A DNA stretch of 14,073 bases from Candidatus Hermodarchaeota archaeon (lineage in GTDB: Archaea; Asgardarchaeota; Hermodarchaeia; Hermodarchaeales; Hermodarchaeaceae): positions 1 to 14,073 of the forward strand of contig JAEOTB010000108.1 in assembly GCA_016840065.1 (NCBI GenBank), read 5' to 3'. Below, piece by piece: positions 8,513 to 14,073 of this stretch. Within the stretch, counting starts at the first letter, position 1. Every line of letters starts with the position of its first letter. The notes under the pieces were generated by a model that saw only the letters and a program-made list of their open reading frames with translations, searched no databases and was not told the origin of the DNA. The translations under genes were made by a program, and so were the position numbers.

Positions 8513-9208
8513 CTACCGATTGCTTCTCCTTCTGGCCTTGAACGCATATCCTACAAAAACAACCCCGAGTAGTAGGAGCAGGCTAAGGCTGCTGAGGTTT
8601 GTCAAGCCAACAAGCCATCTTTGATCAGCAGCGTCGCTTCCCGCAACCACTTCGAAAGGGTACTCGAAAACATCCTGTTGAGTGTGTAGTGCACCCTCTA
8701 CAGTATCAACGCCTAGTTCCACGCCGACATAGCAAACCAGTAACCTCGTTTGGCCCGGTGCAAGATAACAGGAGCCAGCACTAATAATCACCTGTCGACT
8801 TACTCTTTTCGTTTCACCGACGGTCATGTTTTCTGAAGAGCCCGAAATGCTCGCGGAAAAGGACCAACCACCCCCTGCAGGTCTGGGGATGTACAGAGAC
8901 AAGGTAGAGATATAGACAGCACGAATCGTGTGGGAAGGCCCATCATCGATGGATACCAGTTGTGCTGACGCGATGAAGGAATCCTCGACCATGGTGACCA
9001 CGCTTCTGGGAGCTGACAGACTGACATCAATCAATACCCCGTAAGCGTGTATCTCCCAATGCGTCGTAGCGCTGCTTTGGTCGATAGTGACAGCCACCGA
9101 ACCATCCCCTAACCTTCCACCCACGGTACACTGGACCAAAGGAATCATTCCGATAGCCACACAGGCTACTAGTAACATGCAGGTCCAATGTAGAGGTCTA
9201 ACTCGCAC
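8513..9208 (-). CDS. Secreted, C-terminally membrane-anchored hypothetical protein (beta-rich)
   Basis: GTG at 9208 preferred over 9280: it follows GAGGTG/AGGA and gives a signal-like N-terminus (MRVRPLHWTCMLLVACVAIGMIPLVQC). C-terminal TM plus KARRR. Confidence 0.75.
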   Translation of the reverse strand: MRVRPLHWTCMLLVACVAIGMIPLVQCTVGGRLGDGSVAVTIDQSSATTHWEIHAYGVLIDVSLSAPRSVVTMVEDSFIASAQLVSIDDGPSHTIRAVYISTLSLYIPRPAGGGWSFSASISGSSENMTVGETKRVSRQVIISAGSCYLAPGQTRLLVCYVGVELGVDTVEGALHTQQDVFEYPFEVVAGSDAADQRWLVGLTNLSSLSLLLLLGVVFVGYAFKARRRSNR

Positions 9209-9396
9209 TCCTAGCACCTCTTCAACAACTGCAACCACCTCCCCGCATAAATAACCTTTCTCAAGGCGGCAAAAAGACACCTGAAGTGGATAACAGAAAA
9301 AGAAGAAAGGGGATGCGAAGAAATTGATCCCATCGCGAGCGTTTGAAACTCGTTCCCTACCGAGGTTATCAGCGACAGATGGATTCTGTCCTCGGG

Positions 9397-9627
9397 TTAG
9401 ATGGTCCAGCCGCCCTTCTCCAACAACTGTCCAAGGAGGAGGAGTGCGAGGACGAGTTCTGAGCCGTTGTGGTTTTGGACGAGGAACTCGACCATCCCCG
9501 TGATGGTCTCTTCATCATCTCTAGCCTCTTCGACGGCGGCAACAATCTCAGCCCAGCGGTCTTTAGGAACTCCAAAGGCATCGGCTAGAGACTCTGCGCT
9601 ATGGTCAGCAATGTTGACTTCGCCCAT
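9397..9627 (-). CDS. Small acidic hypothetical protein (MGEVNIADHSAESLADAFGVPKDRWAEIV...)
   Basis: Protein-like amphipathic helices; TTTAATATA box upstream (about 9677-9685) and a U-rich tract downstream (about 9297-9310). Start could be GTG 9651. Confidence 0.7.
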   Translation of the reverse strand: MGEVNIADHSAESLADAFGVPKDRWAEIVAAVEEARDDEETITGMVEFLVQNHNGSELVLALLLLGQLLEKGGWTI

Positions 9628-9722
9628 ACTGTACTTTGGCACGGTACACACCAGTAGAACCCTTCCACACTCTTCCTATATTAAACTGGTTTGAAAATCG
9701 ATATTCAAATCGCCTGTTCCAG

Positions 9723-9763
9723 CTAGAAATAAAGAGGAAAGAGGGACACGGACAACCGTTCCC
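9723..9763 (-). terminator. Hairpin plus pyrimidine/U-tract terminator-like repeat, copy 1
   Basis: Minus strand GGGAACGG-TTGT-CCGTGTCCC-TCTTTCCTCTTTATTTCTAG, just downstream of the stop at 9791; near-identical to 12801-12841. Confidence 0.6.
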
Positions 9764-9790
9764 CTAGGGAGTCAAGATTCTGTAACTAGC

Positions 9791-10888
9791 CTACCCTTCT
9801 TTTCCTAGTTTAAATAGGGTCAATGTAAGCAGGCTTCCGATGATTGTTGGTATACAGGCAATCAAGGTAATCTGATAGAACACCGGTGGTGAATAGAAGA
9901 ACCAAGGCCTGTCAACGGCGATGAATAGCAGTCTAGTCAATAGAATTGGCCAGGTAGGCAGAATAAATAGTGAATAGAATAGTGTAAGGAGTAACACGAT
10001 AATCGCTGCAATAGTGAAGTTTGATAAGTGGTTAATATTATATTTACTCAGAAAGAAGACCCCAGTAAAAGTCGTGACCGTCACACTAAGTACAAAGAAG
10101 GAATTCAGATAGAGTGAGAAGGAAGGGAATGACAGGTAAGTCTGAAGGAGTGCTGGTAATCCTTCGGGGTTGAGGAAATAGGTCATGATGTAGTCGCTGA
10201 AACACCAAACACTAGCGATTGCGCCGAATATTACTCCAGTGAAGAGTCCTGCGATGATATCGTCTCTTGTGCTCTGCTGAGGCCTTGTAGGTGACAACTG
10301 GGACAGTTCTTTCGCTCCCTCAGATTCTGGTGGTTCTTGCGAGAGCTTCTCAGGCTTCCGTGCTCTTAACATGGGTCGAAGCATTTTTTGACCAAAAGTG
10401 TAGGGAATTAGAAAGAGTAGAAAGAGGAAGATACCCAATGGGAACAAGATGAAGGGACCTGCCCAGAACAACATCATACGGATTGTTAAGGGCAAGGTGA
10501 TTAGCACGAGAATCCCAGTGGCTGACATGGAACCGAAAATCAGTAGAAGTTTTCTGATATCATGCAGCAAGGGGTCAGGTGGTCTTGTTCCCAGATACTC
10601 GTGAAGAATTACTAGAATAACAACCTCAGGAAGGAACATGACTGCCAGAATACTAAATATGACAAAACCAGGGATTACAATATTGATTGTAAACAAAACT
10701 AGATTGACATCCCGTTGATAACCCTGTGTAAGAATCCAGAAAGGAGTACCAATCATGAAGCCTAGCAAGATGAGAAGAAGAAAGCTTATTATCCAGAAGG
10801 TTTCGACTCCAGCTTTGAGGCTGCGTTCCCATCTGTTTGTTGATCCTCTAGCTGTTGGCGTCATTGATGAGGATTCACCTTTTCCCAT
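9791..10888 (-). CDS. Multi-pass membrane protein (about 8 TM helices in two blocks), function unknown
   Basis: 365-aa ORF; two hydrophobic blocks separated by a polar linker (RPMLRARKPEKLSQEPPESE...). Confidence 0.8.
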   Translation of the reverse strand: MGKGESSSMTPTARGSTNRWERSLKAGVETFWIISFLLLILLGFMIGTPFWILTQGYQRDVNLVLFTINIVIPGFVIFSILAVMFLPEVVILVILHEYLGTRPPDPLLHDIRKLLLIFGSMSATGILVLITLPLTIRMMLFWAGPFILFPLGIFLFLLFLIPYTFGQKMLRPMLRARKPEKLSQEPPESEGAKELSQLSPTRPQQSTRDDIIAGLFTGVIFGAIASVWCFSDYIMTYFLNPEGLPALLQTYLSFPSFSLYLNSFFVLSVTVTTFTGVFFLSKYNINHLSNFTIAAIIVLLLTLFYSLFILPTWPILLTRLLFIAVDRPWFFYSPPVFYQITLIACIPTIIGSLLTLTLFKLGKEG

Positions 10889-11117
10889 CCACGTCCTGCA
10901 GTGGTGTCTCCAGAACAGGTCAGCGAGATTTAATACCTCTCTATGAGATTTTAAAAAGCCTTCTGACCACTAACTTGTTTTTAGGGCTGCATTTACTGAA
11001 ATCACTGCATCTAGAGTAGCAAATTAGAATCGCCAACATTTCGATGATTTTGTATTTGATGAATACGAGAATTAATAGCCACGAAGAATCAATCCTTTCG
11101 AGTGCACATTGTGAGGT

Positions 11118-11843
11118 TTGCAGGGGATTCACTTGGTTACTAGAGATAATCGTTGGAAACTCCTATGGCTCGCGGTCATCCTTCTTTCAGGAATTGTTCC
11201 GACCCTCATGCTGTATTTTAACCTGATTCCCCGCTGGGTGTTTGTATTACCTCCAGACATCGTGCAGCTGGTACCTCGCAATGAAGAGGTTATCTTCGGA
11301 GTTTTTTGTTGGATGGTCATCATCGTAATCATCGTTGCGAGAGACTACTCAGAAGATCATGGAATAGGCTGGACCGCTCCAATTGTACTAGGCTTCAGTG
11401 TAGCAACCACGTTTCTCGTCATCCAGTCGATACCTTACCTATGGAATACCCTAATCCTACTCACTTTAGTTTTCCATTCCCCTTTGGTCCTCTTGGTCTT
11501 CGCTATCCCTGTCATAATCATTTCTGCTATCACTATATCTTACTTTTATGCGCTAAGGCTCTTCAGGCCCATGTTGAGAAAGCAGCGTCGTCGCTTTCCC
11601 CAGACATCACCTACACCCCCTACTCCTCTTGTTCCCCAGAGTATTCTCGAACAAGGAATCCAAGAAGCACACGGTACGGGCGACCCGCCATCTTGTACCA
11701 TATGTAAGAGAACCATTGCCAAGGGAGAAGCCATTGTCATATGCCCATTCTGCCAAAGCAGAGCCCATCAAATCCACATGGAGAACTGGCTCTTAACTAA
11801 AAGGACCTGCCCCCTCTGCCGAGAACGAATAACTAAAGACTAA
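11118..11843 (+). CDS. Multi-pass membrane protein with C-terminal RING-type zinc finger (putative E3-ligase-like)
   Basis: About 4 TM segments, a Pro-rich linker, then C-x2-C-x12-C-x2-C-x4-H-x2-H-x3-W-x6-CPLC (11694-11819). Confidence 0.85.
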   Translation: MQGIHLVTRDNRWKLLWLAVILLSGIVPTLMLYFNLIPRWVFVLPPDIVQLVPRNEEVIFGVFCWMVIIVIIVARDYSEDHGIGWTAPIVLGFSVATTFLVIQSIPYLWNTLILLTLVFHSPLVLLVFAIPVIIISAITISYFYALRLFRPMLRKQRRRFPQTSPTPPTPLVPQSILEQGIQEAHGTGDPPSCTICKRTIAKGEAIVICPFCQSRAHQIHMENWLLTKRTCPLCRERITKD

Positions 11844-11897
11844 ACCACAGGAATGGCAGCCCACCCTGCGCTTGTCATCTTTAAGAAGCATTTAGGA

Positions 11898-11905
11898 TTT
11901 ATAAG
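11898..11905 (+). promoter_or_regulatory. TATA-like box TTTTATAA upstream of the gene at 11966
   Basis: Motif read directly in the intergenic region. Confidence 0.45.
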
Positions 11906-11965
11906 CCACCACAGCGTAGTGTCACTTGTAACCCTTTCAGTCAGGGAAGATATGAGGGTCTTATC

Positions 11966-12724
11966 ATGATAGGTAATACACGACAGATAACAGTCGTTAT
12001 TCTAATCCTTGGTACCCTGCTCCTCTGTGGAACACTAACCCCCCACACCTGTACAGCAGCCACTGTCTGGTCCGACGACTTCAACGACGGGAACCACAGC
12101 GGCTGGACGGTGGCGCAAGGCGATTTTGGCGTCTCCAGCAACACGCTGGTCCCCACCGCCGACGACAGCAAGATTGTCCACGCGAGCACAGTCACCTCGG
12201 GCACCTGGAGCTTTGACCTCCTCTGGAACGGCACCTTTGCAGCCGTGGAGTTCATCTCCATCGAGTATACCCCCTATGACACCTATGATAGCTGCTTCCA
12301 TCTTAACTTCTACCGCGACACCCAAGACAACTCGCAAATCGAACTTCGCAAATACATCAACACCGCCTCCTCCAGCCTGATCACCGTCGAAACCGCGTTT
12401 CTCACCGGACTCTATGGCACCTGGGTAACCGTCGACATCACCCGGGACGCGAGCAGCGAATTCATGGTCTACGTTAACGGTGCACCCTTATGGACGGTAG
12501 ACGAGGATGTCATCGACACCCAACTCTCCTCATCGTGCTACTACTTCCTCATCTATTGCGACGATCAAGCCTTCGCCATCGACAACGTCGTCGTCAGCGA
12601 CACAGTCGATGTCACACCACCACCGCCACCGATTCCAGGGTTCCCCACTGCAGCCATCCTACTTGGCATAACCACAGCTCTCGGACTCGGTATGGTGACC
12701 CGTTACCGTAGTAAGCGCACCTAA
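11966..12724 (+). CDS. Secreted/cell-surface beta-sandwich (concanavalin A/LamG-like) protein with PGF-CTERM-like anchor
   Basis: Signal peptide; WSDDFNDGNHSGW, W-x-TVDITRD-x4-FMVYVNG and IDNVVVS motifs; C-terminal PPPPPIPGFP, TM helix and RYRSKR. Confidence 0.8.
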   Translation: MIGNTRQITVVILILGTLLLCGTLTPHTCTAATVWSDDFNDGNHSGWTVAQGDFGVSSNTLVPTADDSKIVHASTVTSGTWSFDLLWNGTFAAVEFISIEYTPYDTYDSCFHLNFYRDTQDNSQIELRKYINTASSSLITVETAFLTGLYGTWVTVDITRDASSEFMVYVNGAPLWTVDEDVIDTQLSSSCYYFLIYCDDQAFAIDNVVVSDTVDVTPPPPPIPGFPTAAILLGITTALGLGMVTRYRSKRT

Positions 12725-12800
12725 CGTACGAGAGACTACGAGGACATCGGTAAAACTATGAGACTACTAACACCAAAGCAAGCTAAGGTTCCGGACCGAA

Positions 12801-12841
12801 CTAGAAAAAAGAGGAAGAGGGACACGGAGAATCCGCATCCC
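12801..12841 (-). terminator. Hairpin plus U-tract terminator downstream of acs (repeat copy 2)
   Basis: Minus strand GGGATGCGGA-TTC-TCCGTGTCCC (10 bp, two G-U pairs) followed by TCTTCCTCTTTTTTCTAG, starting about 12 nt after the acs stop. Confidence 0.7.
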
Positions 12842-12852
12842 AGGCGAGAGTA

Positions 12853-14073
12853 TTAGACGCGTTCTTTGACAAGCTTGTCCACAACAGCTGGGTCAGCGAG
12901 CGTGGTGGTGTCGCCAAGCTTGTCCAATTCACCAGCAGCTATGCGCTTCAGAATACGGCGCATAATCTTGCCGCTACGAGTCTTGGGCAGGGCATCAGCG
13001 AACTGGACCTTGTCGGGGGTTGCGATGGGCCCGATTTCCTTCCGCACATGCTTACGAAGCTCCTGACGGAGTTCCTCAGTCTTGTCGATGCCATGTTTCA
13101 AGGTCACAAAGCAGTAGAGTGCCTGTCCCTTGATGTCATGCGGAAAACCGACAACCGCAGCTTCAGCAACTGAATCATGAGAAACAAGTGCCGACTCGAT
13201 CTCTGCGGTGCCCATACGGTGGCCAGAAACGTTGACGACATCGTCAATCCTGCCGACGACCCAGAAGTAGCCGTCCTTGTCTTGGCGAGCGCCGTCGCCA
13301 GTCATGTAGTAGGGTGGGAAGGTCTTGAAGTAGGTGTCAATAAAGCGTTGGTGGTCACCGAACACAGTGCGCATCAGACCAGGCCACGGCTTCGTAATGA
13401 CGAGGTAGCCGCCTTCGTTCCTGCCGACTTCCTGTCCGGTTTCATCGACGATCATAGCCTCAATACCTAGGAATGGAAGAGTACAGGAACCAGGTTTGAG
13501 CGGGACTGCACCGGGGATTGGGGTAATGACGACGCCGCCAGTTTCCGTCTGCCAATATGTTAGTCGCCAGTTAGGCTATTGCCTAGCTGGAATCGACAAT
13601 AGGGCAGCGGCTTTGTCCAACGACTTCGTAATACCAGAGCCACGCTTCAGGGTTGATTGGTTCACCGACGGTTCCGAGGAGTTTGAGGCTGGAGAGGTCG
13701 CGTTTTCTTACCCATTCGTCACCGTGGCGCATGATGGCTCGGATGGCGGTGGGTGCGGTGTAGAACTGGTTAATCTTCCATTTTTCTACTACTGCCCAGA
13801 AGCGGTCGGGTTCGGGGTAGGTGGGTACGCCTTCGAACATGACGCTGGTTGCGCCTGCGGCTAGGGGTCCGTAGACGATGTAAGAATGACCGGTGATCCA
13901 TCCTATGTCGGCGGTGCACCAGTAGATGTCTTCTTCTTGGTAGTCGAAGATATATTTGAACGTTGTCGCCGTGTAGACCATGTAGCCGGCGGTGGTGTGC
14001 AGCACACCCTTGGGCTTGCCCGTGGAACCGGACGTGTACAGGATGAACAGCGGGTCTTCCGCATCCAACCACA
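12853..14073 (-). CDS. acs: Acetyl-CoA synthetase (AMP-forming acetate-CoA ligase), 5'-partial; spliced as 14073..13592 joined to 13560..12853
   Basis: [38 protein letters not shown]|[30 protein letters not shown] and [11 protein letters not shown] motifs. The two track ORFs (13583-14068 and 12853-13455) join into one frame once 31 nt are removed. Confidence 0.96.
13561..13591 (-). other. Candidate 31-nt bulge-helix-bulge (BHB) intron in acs mRNA
   Basis: Insert TCCAGCTAGGCAATAGCCTAACTGGCGACTA. Central 4-bp helix GUCG/CGAC, two 3-nt bulges AU^U and UA^A, inner stem CCAG/CUGG plus UAGGC/GCCUA. Excision restores GAT-ACA (Asp-Thr). Confidence 0.88.

Noticed and set aside
12726-12770. Short direct repeat GAGACTAC, two copies
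   Set aside because: It is too short and has too few copies for a CRISPR array or a credible att site.
13561-13591. Insert as a MITE/IS footprint, terminator or programmed frameshift site
   Set aside because: There is no target-site duplication, U-tract or slippery sequence, and a frameshift would leave about 10 extra residues inside a conserved ATP-binding motif.
2921-13864. Short overlapping or antisense ORFs in the track (e.g. 2921-3244, 5608-5982, 7537-7893, 7686-7976, 11306-11707, 12035-12337, 13496-13864)
   Set aside because: They overlap well-supported genes and lack motifs or independent expression signals.
12853-14073. acs as a frameshifted pseudogene or as two separate genes
   Set aside because: Both parts are intact and in register after removing one 31-nt segment whose ends coincide with canonical BHB cut sites; no other lesion is visible.

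Overview
This looks like an archaeal accessory-type region, probably from an Asgard-like lineage. That assignment is an inference from the TATA-box promoters, frequent TTG/GTG starts, a membrane-anchored RING-type zinc finger and an IPGFP C-terminal sorting motif. The window holds two paralogous membrane-anchored SxxK serine hydrolases, an MBL-fold hydrolase, a GNAT acetyltransferase, a HEAT-repeat protein, a PQQ/BamB-like beta-propeller with a C-terminal Zn ribbon split by an in-frame TGA, a small wHTH protein, several membrane proteins, a secreted beta-sandwich protein and the 3' part of acetyl-CoA synthetase (acs). The main finding is that acs is interrupted between codons D and T of the conserved '[13 protein letters not shown]' motif by a 31-nt insert (13561-13591). 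With its exons this insert folds into a bulge-helix-bulge (BHB) splicing motif, and cutting at the canonical tRNA-endonuclease positions restores the reading frame and the motif exactly. It is therefore a candidate archaeal mRNA intron in a central metabolic gene.
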